From assembly GCA_002506905.1 (NCBI GenBank), contig DAYM01000004.1, positions 16,147 through 80,146 on the forward strand: 64,000 nucleotides of DNA, written 5' to 3'. Numbering within the stretch: the first letter of the stretch is position 1; each line of letters begins with the position of its first letter. The DNA comes from Methanomassiliicoccaceae archaeon UBA328. Lineage in GTDB: Archaea; Thermoplasmatota; Thermoplasmata; Methanomassiliicoccales; Methanomethylophilaceae. This document shows positions 31,778 through 41,469 of the stretch, one piece after another. The notes under the pieces were generated by a model. That model saw only the letters and a list, made by a program, of their open reading frames with translations, was not told the origin of the DNA and searched no databases. Both the position numbers and the translations under genes were made by a program.

Positions 31778-33121
31778 ATGGATAAAAAAGTATCAGCCAT
31801 AATAGTAGTGGTGATTCTTCTCGCTGCAGGACTCACAGGCGCTATTTATGTTTTGAATAATAATAACAAAGAAACGTCAGTGAGTTATGCAGGAGACGTC
31901 AAGATCTACGGAAATGCAAATAATGACGATACTATCAGCAGTGCAGATATCGATGTATTGAATGATCTGATAGTTAATCAAAATTATACTGAAACCGACT
32001 ATCCCTACGCGGATGCTGACCAGGATGGAGAAATAACTGCTTCCGATGTCGAAGTCGTTCAGAATATAATCGATGGAAAGGAGACGATCATTTACTACGT
32101 CAATTATTTTGATTCAGTAAGGACGATTCACTATCCCATTACAGGAACGATCGGTACGAGCTTCTGACAGCAGGCAGAGCTTACAGTCATACTGGGAATT
32201 TGGGATAAGGTAGCTGCCGTCGATACAAGTACGCAGTCAAATGCATCTAATGCAGAGAAATATCCAGGTATCGAAAATCTTTTTGATCTCGGAAGCAGGG
32301 ATGCAATGACCGCAGAAGCAATTCTGGCTAGCGGAATATCTGCATTGATCTGTCATGGAAATGCTTCCTCATCTACTGAGGATTTGATTACAGACTTTGA
32401 AGAAGCAGGTAAGACAATAGATATTATTTGTCTTGGATGGGAAGGAATGAATTGCCTTTCAACTGCTTTGATGATGGGAATATTCTTCCAGGTGGAAGAT
32501 GCGGCACATGAATATGTTGATTGGTGTAATGGTATTCTTAACAAACTGAAAACAGCCATTGACACTCTCGATGAAGACGATGTAGCTACGGTCATACTTC
32601 CGTTGATGTACACAAAGCAGTCTTCGAATATCAGGATCGAGTGTGAAGGTACTGGTTCATATTCATTGGTCAGTCAGATTGCAAATGTTGTTGATCTTGA
32701 AGATGCTACATATGAGACTAAGAACAGAGCTTACAGAACGGCAGAATGGTTCCTCTCTGAAAATGAAAATGGTCTTTTTGATTATATTCTGATTATGGAG
32801 GAAGGAAGCGGTCTGGGTTCTACGAATGAATCATATAATGCGCGTTTCGAGGCGTCCATTGAATATTTTGTTCAGTGTCCCGCATATGAGCAGGGGAGAA
32901 TTGGAGGAACAACATACGGATTCGGCGGTTTCTCTGGATTCTCACTATTGACATATGTGGCATTTGTGCTGTACCCGCAACTCTTTACCGAGGATCAGGG
33001 TCTGGAAGACAGGCAGTATTGGTTCGATAATTTCACCAACCAGACGGTTGATGTGAACAACATGGCCTGGCGTTACACCGGAACAGCATATGAAGAGTAT
33101 GTTGATAGGATGGACAGTTGA
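31778..33121 (+). pseudogene. FecB/BtuF-type ABC substrate-binding protein with N-terminal anchor and dockerin-like module; in-frame TGA
   Basis: ORFs 31778..32167 and 32306..33121 share one frame, and the only stop between them is the TGA at 32165..32167 (GTSF-TGA-QQAELTVILGIWDKVAAVD). N-terminal TM helix followed by two dockerin-like repeats. Confidence 0.75.
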
Positions 33122-33127
33122 ATAATC

Positions 33128-33157
33128 AGCGTCCCTTCAGGGACGCTTCTTTCTTTT
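33128..33157 (+). terminator. Hairpin plus T-tract
   Basis: AGCGTCCC-ttca-GGGACGCT followed by TCTTTCTTTT, 7 nt after the stop codon. Confidence 0.4.
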
Positions 33158-33164
33158 AATTAAT

Positions 33165-34297
33165 ATGACAGAAAATAAGAGCGAATCTTATAGCGAGTGT
33201 GTCGTTGATTCCATAGCGTTGTGGAAGGACGATTCCGAGAAAGCCAAGGAAGAGCGCGTCAGTGCTAATCGTGAATATAAAAGAAGTACTGCTGTAAAGC
33301 TGTCATTCATTGTTATCTGCGGTTTGATTGCCATAGTTGTTATGGGAGTATCTCTGACCGCTGGGCAGTATGATATTGGTTTTTTTGAGTCGTTTGAGAT
33401 TGTTTATCAGCATATCACTGGCAATATTCAGGATGTGACCAAGGACTATGTGATCTGGGATCTGCGTATGCCCAGGATAATGACTGGAGTTCTTACCGGA
33501 GCTGCCCTGGCGGTTGCAGGTGCGACCATGCAGAGCGTTTTAAAGAATCCGCTGGCAGATCCATATACTACAGGTATATCGTCCGGAGCGGGTTTCGGTG
33601 CAACACTTGCGATATGATAGGAGTATCATTTGCAAACGGCGGATACATGGTCGTGGCCAATGCGTTTATTTTCTCATTAGTGCCAACGGGTGTAATCATA
33701 CTTGTATCGAAGATGAAGGGTGCATCGCCGACGACTATGATCATGGCGGGAATCGCAGTCATGTACATTTTTAATGCATGTACATCGTTGATCAAAATGT
33801 ACGCAAATCCCGATGCCTTATCCAGTCTTTTCCAGTGGACAGTAGGTTCTCTGGACGGTACCAGATGGGAAGATGTAATGGTCATGATGCCATTTGTTAT
33901 CGTCGGAATAATTGCGATACAGCTGTTATCCAGACAACTTAATGTTTTGATGCCGGGGGATGAAAGTGCAAAGATGCTTGGTGTCGATGCAGACAAATTG
34001 CGTATGATTACCATCATTCTGATCGCTCTGATCTCTGCAACTGTAGTAAGTTTCACAGGTCTGATCGGATTTATCTGACTTGTGTGTCCGCATATCGTAA
34101 GGTTGTTCATTGGATCTGATAACCGTTATTTGATCCCGGCATCTTTGGCATTCGGTGTGGCATTGTTACTTTTCGCCGATCTGGTCGGCCGTACAATCAT
34201 TGTGCCCAGTGTATTGCCTGTAGGTATCGTAACTGCATTCATTGGAGGTCCATTGTTCTTGTACCTGATCGTGAAGCAGAAAAAGAGTGCGTGGTGA
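33165..34297 (+). pseudogene. FecCD/BtuC-family ABC permease, with a frameshift and an in-frame TGA
   Basis: Three pieces: ..NPLADPYTTGISSGAGFGATLAI / MIGVSF.. (1-nt shift at about 33615), then ..GLIGFI-TGA-LVCPHIVRLFIG (TGA at 34076..34078, same frame). Confidence 0.85.
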
Positions 34298-34301
34298 TAT
34301 C

Positions 34302-35126
34302 ATGGAGCTAGTAATGAAAGATCTGTGTTATCGTTACGGTGATGGGCCGATGATATTGAACAACATCAATCTGACATTCGAAGGCAGTAAGCTGTATTGT
34401 ATCATTGGGCCGAATGGAGTGGGAAAGTCAACCCTGGTCAAATGCATGAACAAGCTTTTGAAACCTGTGTCTGGAGATGTGTTGATCGATGAAAAGAGCA
34501 TATCCGATTATTCCTTTAAGGATCTGGCACAGTTTATGAGTTTCATCCCTGTTTCTCAAGGATATAGTTTCAGGATGACTGTTATGGATGTTGTTCTGCT
34601 CGGAAGATATGATCCTAAGAAATGGAGGACTGACGAGGAAGATCTGGACATAGTTCATAGATCTCTTAAATTGATGGACATGGAAGATTATTCTATGAGG
34701 GACATCAATGGGTTGTCAGCGGGTCAATGTCAAAAAGTGAATCTTTGTAAAGGGTTGGTCCAAGAACCGAAGATTATGATTCTGGATGAACCCACATCAA
34801 ATCTGGATGTCAAACACCAGATGTATGTGACCGAGCTACTCAAAGCAATATCTCGGGAATCAGATATGATGGTTATTATGATCAGTCATGATTTGAACAT
34901 AGCTGCCCAGTTTGCAGATGAGATCATTATGATGTCTGAGCCAGGCGTTGTGTACAAGGATGGAAGGCCCGAGGAAGTAATCTCAGCAGAATCAATCTCT
35001 AAGGTCTACGGAGTAGATTGTGAAGTGATAACCCATTTGGGGAAGCCTCATGTTCTTCTAAACAGTGCATTGTCTAAGAGACAGATGAATGAAATGGCCA
35101 AGCGCGATGTTGAAACTGTTAACTAA
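34302..35126 (+). CDS. FecE/BtuD-type ABC ATPase
   Basis: Walker A GPNGVGKST, signature LSAGQCQK, Walker B MILDEPTS. Confidence 0.85.
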   Translation: MELVMKDLCYRYGDGPMILNNINLTFEGSKLYCIIGPNGVGKSTLVKCMNKLLKPVSGDVLIDEKSISDYSFKDLAQFMSFIPVSQGYSFRMTVMDVVLLGRYDPKKWRTDEEDLDIVHRSLKLMDMEDYSMRDINGLSAGQCQKVNLCKGLVQEPKIMILDEPTSNLDVKHQMYVTELLKAISRESDMMVIMISHDLNIAAQFADEIIMMSEPGVVYKDGRPEEVISAESISKVYGVDCEVITHLGKPHVLLNSALSKRQMNEMAKRDVETVN

Positions 35127-35135
35127 ACTTTTTAT

Positions 35136-35157
35136 CGAGGAGAAATCCTCGTTTTTT
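35136..35157 (+). terminator. Hairpin plus T6
   Basis: CGAGGA-gaaa-TCCTCG-TTTTTT, 10 nt after the stop codon. Confidence 0.4.
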
Positions 35158-35161
35158 CTTT

Positions 35162-35203
35162 AACTCGGTAGCGTCAAAAACGTATACTCAACGCTACCGA
35201 GTT
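35162..35203. repeat. 13-bp perfect inverted repeat between convergent genes
   Basis: AACTCGGTAGCGT-(16 nt)-ACGCTACCGAGTT. Confidence 0.8.
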
Positions 35204-35246
35204 GGAGGAATTGAAATGGTTTGTGGCCTCCCGCGTCTGTCTATGT

Positions 35247-35744
35247 TCAGAAGAACTCGAATCCTCCCGACAGATCTCCTTTCTCTGCGCACTCTTCCAG
35301 ATGATCCGCGAACTCGTTCGCGAAACCCGGCGCAAAGCATTCAAGAAGTCCGTCCTGCGGGGTCCTGAGGCCTTCGATGACCGTTCCGAGATATTCCTTT
35401 GCGTCATCCGTCTTTCCGAATGTTTCCAGCAGGAAGATGTCGGACTGTATCAATACCAAGTTGTTGTAAAGATGCATCCTGGCGCATCTCTCGGTATCTT
35501 TCATGTGGACATATCCGCGTCCGTTCAGATCGAGGAAGTCGTCGATATCAAGGTTCCTGGCATCGAAGACATCTGCGAGGATATCGTCCCTGTTCATGCT
35601 TATGGTATCGCTCAGGGCCTTTCTCACAGATCTCATGATCTTTTCTTCGCCGATCTCTTCGGCGATCGTTATCATGGCCGCGATCATCTGTTCGTTCTCA
35701 AGGCAATTCAATTTCATTTCCAATTCCGACACGTTTGTTGTCAT
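35247..35744 (-). CDS. Acidic helical protein, paralogue 1 of 2
   Basis: 165 aa. Shares pattern with the 35847 gene: CLENEQMIAAMITIAEEIGEEKI versus FLDDHNLIDIIIGLAEKIGEDKV, and GLRTPQDG versus GLRTKEGN. Confidence 0.5.
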   Translation of the reverse strand: MTTNVSELEMKLNCLENEQMIAAMITIAEEIGEEKIMRSVRKALSDTISMNRDDILADVFDARNLDIDDFLDLNGRGYVHMKDTERCARMHLYNNLVLIQSDIFLLETFGKTDDAKEYLGTVIEGLRTPQDGLLECFAPGFANEFADHLEECAEKGDLSGGFEFF

Positions 35745-35846
35745 AATTGCAACAGGGCCGGAAATCCACTTAAAAAGCGGATACTACAATTAGTACTGTA
35801 CGTCATAGGCTCGAAAAAAAGGGGATGATGGTATCGAACGATCCGG

Positions 35847-36299
35847 TCATTCGGCGCGTTTGCTTATGGTAAGATTCTCGACACCTTTCTCTTTTACGAG
35901 AGCTTCGATGCTGTCGGCGCAATAGTCTGCGGTCCTCTGGACATCTTCCGGAATGTTACCTTCCTTCGTCCTCAGTCCGACGACTATCTCGCACAGGAAT
36001 TGTCTGATGTCGTCGTAGCGCTTAGCGGCATAGAGCATGGAGATCTCCTTTCTGAATCTGTTACTCAGTTCCGAGCGCATTTCGTCAACGGATGCATAGG
36101 CGAGATTCTCTTTGATGGAGATGACATCGTCGAATATCTCGTCGGGATCGACCTCTATTGCCTCTGTGACCTTCTCGGCGACGACCTCGAATACCTTGTC
36201 CTCTCCGATCTTCTCGGCCAAGCCTATTATGATATCAATTAAGTTGTGATCATCGAGAAATTGCAAAGTGGATTCGAGTTCTGTACAATTAGGAGACAC
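35847..36299 (-). CDS. Acidic helical protein, paralogue 2 of 2
   Basis: 150 aa. See the evidence for 35247..35744. Confidence 0.5.
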   Translation of the reverse strand: MSPNCTELESTLQFLDDHNLIDIIIGLAEKIGEDKVFEVVAEKVTEAIEVDPDEIFDDVISIKENLAYASVDEMRSELSNRFRKEISMLYAAKRYDDIRQFLCEIVVGLRTKEGNIPEDVQRTADYCADSIEALVKEKGVENLTISKRAE

Positions 36300-36443
36300 A
36301 CATAATAAAGTACAGTATTGATATTAAAGCAATATGATGTTACTTTTTACAATTGTACGTAACACTCATACGAATTATCCCTTTATTCATTGAAAACTGT
36401 TCCCTGGCCGTCGTACGAAGGCCAGGGAACATCATCAATATCG

Positions 36444-37016
36444 TCACTCTTCGGCGATGCCTTCGATGCGTCTGCACATGTACGCGTATATCAGGGAGAT
36501 GGCGAACATGACGATACCGAATATCGCGGATAACCAGGATCCGAGATGCTCCGGAAGGGCGTCGGCAACAGGTTCGCAGTACGCAAGTACCATTCCCAAC
36601 GAGAACAGGACATAAGAGACGGAAAGCATGGCGAACGTGCGGTCCTCATCCTGCCAGGAGCGGACAGCTATTGCAACGAACACTATCGCACCGATAAGGT
36701 CGAGTATCCAGAGGCAGCAGCAGGAGAAGTTCAGAAATACCGCAATGGCGAATATTATGTTGATGTCTCCGACGGCCATCATCGCGATCGGCTGCAGTTT
36801 GACGCCTCTGCTGAATGCGAAAAGTCCCACGGCGATAACGGCGATATCCAATACGGCACACACGATGAAATACAGCGTACCATCGATGCCTTAGGGTCCG
36901 ATAACGGTGCCCAGGACGTAAAGGGAGATCACCAGGGTGATCAGTCCCATCAATATTGTACCGAAACTCAGGACGGAGGCGGCCCCGTCGAGGCCGGTGT
37001 TCTTCTGATCGGTCAT
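36444..37016 (-). pseudogene. Six-TM membrane protein paralogue interrupted by an in-frame TAA
   Basis: ATG at 37016, 41 codons (MTDQKNTGLDGAASVLSFGTILMGLITLVISLYVLGTVIGP), TAA at 36891..36893, then the same frame continues GIDGTLYFIVCAVLDIAVIAVGLFAFSRG. It aligns without gaps to the 37108 paralogue. Confidence 0.7.
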
Positions 37017-37107
37017 GCATCTCATAATAAACTAAATGTGTATAAAACTATCATAAGGAAAGGTTCGTTCCGACGGCTGGCGCCGTCGGAACTGTTGTTT
37101 TGAAGTT

Positions 37108-37668
37108 TCAGAGATCGTCCTCGTCGTAGTCCTCATTCGGTTCACTTACGGTGTACCAGCAGGATACGGCGTAGATCAAGGAGATCGCGAACGCGACGAA
37201 TCCGAAGAATATGACCATCCACGTTCCGAAGTCTCCGGGAAGCCAGTCTGCGACAGTAGAATAACCGGTCAGAATGAATCCGAGGCAGTACATCAGAAGT
37301 GCGATCGCGAACACGGCGAACGTCTTGTCCTTCTCGTGCCATGACATCGTTGCCACGACGGCGAGGATGATGGCTTCCAGAACATCTATGAACCACAGTG
37401 TGGTCGCATCCGCGCCGGCATATTCGGCGTATGCGAATCCGATATTGGCGCATCCCAGGACCAGCATGGCGATGGCCTGCGGAGCAAGTCCGTTCCTGAA
37501 TGCGAATATTCCCGCGATCACCACTCCGATCCCGAAGAATATGGATATGATATCGTATCCCTTGAGATCCATGGAAAAACTGCTTGTAACATCGCCGAGC
37601 ATGAATGCGGAGACGAGCGCAACGTTGATTCCCAACAGGATGGTACCTGCGGTGAAGACAGAGATCAT
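37108..37668 (-). CDS. Six-TM membrane protein, family uncertain (possibly HdeD/DUF308-like or GPR1/FUN34/YaaH-like)
   Basis: 186 aa with about six hydrophobic helices and an acidic tail (EPNEDYDEDDL). No diagnostic motif such as NPAPLGL. Confidence 0.5.
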   Translation of the reverse strand: MISVFTAGTILLGINVALVSAFMLGDVTSSFSMDLKGYDIISIFFGIGVVIAGIFAFRNGLAPQAIAMLVLGCANIGFAYAEYAGADATTLWFIDVLEAIILAVVATMSWHEKDKTFAVFAIALLMYCLGFILTGYSTVADWLPGDFGTWMVIFFGFVAFAISLIYAVSCWYTVSEPNEDYDEDDL

Positions 37669-37775
37669 CTCACCCAGACGGGTGGTCTCATTGTCAGTTA
37701 TAAGATATGAACCGATGTTTTTGCATATTAATACTATTGCAATATTTCAGTACAAAAAATACCAGATGATGCCGA

Positions 37776-39599
37776 TCACATCATATCCGCATCAGCGAAT
37801 TGACTGTCGAACAGCGTTCTGTAGAATCCGTTGTGTTCGAGAAGTTCCTCATGCGTTCCGGACTCGATGATCCTTCCGTCGTTGATCACAAGGATGTGGC
37901 TCGCGTTCCTTATGGTAGATAGACGGTGCGCAATGACGAACGAGGTCTTTCCCCTGGTGAGCTTGTTCATCGCTTCCTGTATACGCTTCTCCGTCCTCGT
38001 ATCGACCGAGCTCGTCGCTTCGTCCAGTATGACTATGGGGGCATCCTTCAGTATCGCCCTGGCGATCACCAGCTGCTGTTTCTGTCCAACAGACATGGCG
38101 GTATCGCTTTCCAGGACCGTATCGTAACCTTCAGGCAGGGTCTCGATGAAATCGTCTATTCCGACCGCCTTGCAGCAATCCACGACATCTTCCGTACTCG
38201 CATCCTTCATCGTGAATCTCACGTTATCCGCAACAGTCCCTTCGAACACCCACGGATCCTGGAGGACCATCGAGAACTGTTCGCGGACCTGTGCTCTGGA
38301 CATCTTCCTGGAAGATATCCCGTCTATGAGGATATCTCCGGAATCCACGTCGTAGAACCTTATCAGCAGGTTGATCAGGGTGGTCTTTCCCGCACCGGTC
38401 GGTCCCACGATCGCGATGGTGTCTCCCGGTCTGACCTTCAGGTTCAGACCGTGGATGATCTCGTTTTCCGGATCGTATCCGAAACGGACGTCCCTGAACT
38501 CGATCTCTCCCTTGGCCTTCATGAATCCCTTCAGTTCGGGGACCTCTTCCATATCATCTTCCGCAAGCAGGGCGAAGATACGTTCGGACGCGGAAGCCAC
38601 CGACTGCATCCTGGCAATGATATCGGCTATTTCCGCGATAGGCCTGGTGAACTGTTTTATGTACACGATGAACGCAACGATGGTACCGAATCCGATCATC
38701 CCGTCCAAGATCATCATCGAACCGACGATACAGACTATGACATATCCCAGATTGCTGATGAAATGCATGATCTCCGGGACCGTTCCCGTTATGACCCTCG
38801 CCTTGAATGCGGAGTCGAACAGCCTCTGGTTGACCACATCGAACAGTTCGTCGTTCTTTTTCCTGTTGTTGTATGTTTTGACGATATCGTGTCCGTAATA
38901 CACTTCTTCGACTATCCCGTTGACCACTCCGAGGTCATTTTGCTGTGCGATGAAGAATTTCTGGGTGTGGTGGGTGACGAACCAAATGATCGCGAATCCC
39001 GCTACCGACGGCAGGGCGGCGAACAGTGCCAGACGCCATTCCGTATACAGCATCATGACGAACGAGCCGATAAGCATCGTCAGCGATACGATCAACATGC
39101 TGAAGCACTCGGCGGAACCGGTACGCAGGGCGTCGGTGTCGTTCGACATGCGGCTCATCAGGTCTCCGGTGTTGTGGGATTCGATGTATCCCAACGGAAC
39201 ATCGTTGAATTTCTTTGTGAGGTCGCGGCGTGCTTTGTCTCCGACCCTTTCCGATGCGGCGCCTATAACATAAGGCTCCAATATCGAGAAGATCAGACTT
39301 ACGCTGTAGATCAGGATCAGAAGAAGACCTATGGAGGCGACCCATTTCACATCGACGGGAGAGTATGTCTGTATGCTCTCCGATATGCCGTCCGCGATCA
39401 TGCTCAGATACTGCGGACCGATAAGTGCCAGTACAGAAGATATCACTGCAAATGTGATACCGAGGTACAATGCCCTGCGTTCCTTTCCCATATAGATCAG
39501 GAGGCTCTTCATGGCATTTCCGAGATCTTTCGGTTTATCTCCTCCGCGGGCCCACTGCGGTCCTTTTCTCAGGGGAGGTCCTTCCGGCGGACGGCTCAC
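37776..39599 (-). CDS. ABC exporter, fused permease-ATPase, subunit B
   Basis: 607 aa. Six-TM domain, Walker A GPTGAGKTT, signature MSVGQKQQ, Walker B VILDEATS. The GTG start overlaps the stop of the upstream gene. Confidence 0.85.
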   Translation of the reverse strand: MSRPPEGPPLRKGPQWARGGDKPKDLGNAMKSLLIYMGKERRALYLGITFAVISSVLALIGPQYLSMIADGISESIQTYSPVDVKWVASIGLLLILIYSVSLIFSILEPYVIGAASERVGDKARRDLTKKFNDVPLGYIESHNTGDLMSRMSNDTDALRTGSAECFSMLIVSLTMLIGSFVMMLYTEWRLALFAALPSVAGFAIIWFVTHHTQKFFIAQQNDLGVVNGIVEEVYYGHDIVKTYNNRKKNDELFDVVNQRLFDSAFKARVITGTVPEIMHFISNLGYVIVCIVGSMMILDGMIGFGTIVAFIVYIKQFTRPIAEIADIIARMQSVASASERIFALLAEDDMEEVPELKGFMKAKGEIEFRDVRFGYDPENEIIHGLNLKVRPGDTIAIVGPTGAGKTTLINLLIRFYDVDSGDILIDGISSRKMSRAQVREQFSMVLQDPWVFEGTVADNVRFTMKDASTEDVVDCCKAVGIDDFIETLPEGYDTVLESDTAMSVGQKQQLVIARAILKDAPIVILDEATSSVDTRTEKRIQEAMNKLTRGKTSFVIAHRLSTIRNASHILVINDGRIIESGTHEELLEHNGFYRTLFDSQFADADMM

Positions 39600-41338
39600 A
39601 ATGCCACCTCCCTTTCCAATTGCGAATCGGCTATCTCCCTGTAGACATCGCAGGTCCTAAGGAGCTCGTCGTGGGTACCGGATCCGATTATCTTTCCCTT
39701 GTCCATCACAAGGATGCGGTCCGCATCCATTATGGAACCGACCCTCTGTGCGACGATGATCTTCGTAGAACCTGCAGTTTCTTTGGTAAGGGCGGCCCTG
39801 AGGTCGCTGTCCGTCTTGTAATCCAGAGCGGAGAACGAATCGTCGAAAAGATATATTTCCGGTCTTTTGCAGAGTGCGCGGGCGATCGAGATCCTCTGTT
39901 TCTGTCCTCCGGAAAGGTTTCTGCCGTGCTGCGAGATCAATTGGTCCAGACCCTTCGGAAGTTTCTTCACGAAATTCTCGGCCTGCGCAATCTCCAACGC
40001 TTTCTCCGTATCCTCCGGGGATCTGAGGTCCGAACTCGCGCCGTAGTTGACGTTGTTCCCGACGGTATCCGAGAAGATGATGCTGTCCTGGGGAACGTAT
40101 CCGATCTTGGCATACAGTTCGTCCAGGGTGTACTGTCTGATGTCGACGCCATCGATGAGGACCTCCCCTTCGGTGGCATCGTATAATCTCGAGATCAGTT
40201 TGACGAGTGTGGATTTTCCGCTTCCCGTGGAACCCACGATGGCCAGTGCCTCTCCCTTGCCGATCTTGAATGATATGTCCGATAGGATCTCTTTATCCGT
40301 GCCGGGATAGCAGAATCCGACGTTTTTGAATTCAACATCTCCGGGAGATCTCGGTTCTGCCCCGGGCCCGTCACGTACGCTCGGGGTGTAATCGATGACC
40401 TCCTCGATACGGCGCGCGGACACCATTGCGGTGGCGGCACCGCGCAATATCCCGGTGGCCATCATTATCGATGAGATGACCTGGGTGGCGTATGATGTGA
40501 ACACGATCATGTCCGAGAAAAGGATCATCTGTTCGGTCTGTTCCATGACCCCGTTGATGATCAGTGCGCCTGCCCAATAGATCGCCAATGTGAGGAAGTT
40601 CAGCATGGATGACGGTATCGCATGCATGGGCGACATTAGCCTGACAGCCGATACGCAGTTGTCCAGCAGTCTTTCGCTGGTAACGTCGAATTGGTCTCCG
40701 CGGCATTCTTCCGCGTTGTAGGAACGGATGGTCCTCATTCCGTCCAGGTTCTCCCTGGTCTCGCGGTTGACATCGTCCATCAGCCACTGTATCTTCCTCA
40801 GATACGGGATGCCGTAATGCATGATGGCGGTGATGCTGATCAGCATGACCAGCATGGCGATGACGGTCATCGTCGTCCATTCGAACGCGCTGCCGGAGAT
40901 CTTCAATATGGCCCAAACGGCCATTATCGGGGCCTTGATGACCACTTGGATAGCTCTCGCGACGAAACGCTGCAGATGATAGATGTCGTTGGTGGACCTT
41001 GTGATAAGGGATGCGGCGGAGAATCTGTCGATATCCTGTTTCGAGAAGCTTTCGACATTCTCGAACTGCAATTTCCTGAGTGTACGGCACAGGGCGGTGG
41101 CGACTCTGGTCGCCAAGATCGTTGTGATAATTGCAAGTGCCAGGCTGGCAAATGCACAGCCGAGCATCTTCATCCCGTCATCTACGATGATGCCGGTATC
41201 AACGCCCATCTGCAGATGGTCGGTGATCTCGCTCATGTATTCGGGGATCCTCAGATCGAAGTATACCTGACCGGCTATCAGCAGCAGGCATGCTGCCATC
41301 ATTAACCAATCTACTTTTCTGAGGTACTTGAATATCAT
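39596..41338 (-). CDS. ABC exporter, fused permease-ATPase, subunit A
   Basis: 580 aa. Walker A GSTGSGKST, signature LSGGQKQR, Walker B YLFDDSFS. Confidence 0.85.
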   Translation of the reverse strand: MIFKYLRKVDWLMMAACLLLIAGQVYFDLRIPEYMSEITDHLQMGVDTGIIVDDGMKMLGCAFASLALAIITTILATRVATALCRTLRKLQFENVESFSKQDIDRFSAASLITRSTNDIYHLQRFVARAIQVVIKAPIMAVWAILKISGSAFEWTTMTVIAMLVMLISITAIMHYGIPYLRKIQWLMDDVNRETRENLDGMRTIRSYNAEECRGDQFDVTSERLLDNCVSAVRLMSPMHAIPSSMLNFLTLAIYWAGALIINGVMEQTEQMILFSDMIVFTSYATQVISSIMMATGILRGAATAMVSARRIEEVIDYTPSVRDGPGAEPRSPGDVEFKNVGFCYPGTDKEILSDISFKIGKGEALAIVGSTGSGKSTLVKLISRLYDATEGEVLIDGVDIRQYTLDELYAKIGYVPQDSIIFSDTVGNNVNYGASSDLRSPEDTEKALEIAQAENFVKKLPKGLDQLISQHGRNLSGGQKQRISIARALCKRPEIYLFDDSFSALDYKTDSDLRAALTKETAGSTKIIVAQRVGSIMDADRILVMDKGKIIGSGTHDELLRTCDVYREIADSQLEREVAL

Positions 41339-41469
41339 ATTATCACGCGATCAGCATCTGTATCCGCTTATCCGCAAGGTCGTTGGACGTATCTTCCAAT
41401 AAGAATGTCCCGGTCTGTATTTATCTTTATAGTGACGTCTGTCGGCAGGCCGGGGTCATATCCGTATCT

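Noticed and set aside
34076-34078. TGA aligned to a conserved Gly in the permease, suggesting genetic code 25 (UGA = Gly)
   Set aside because: Most of the credible genes I checked in the window, including glnN and proA/proB, terminate at TGA at the expected length. The other in-frame TGAs align with Cys or probably Trp, so no uniform reassignment fits.
37926-39644. 572-aa plus-strand ORF
   Set aside because: It is antisense to the ABC exporter gene, which has Walker A/B and signature motifs. The translation is R/D/H-rich with no motifs.
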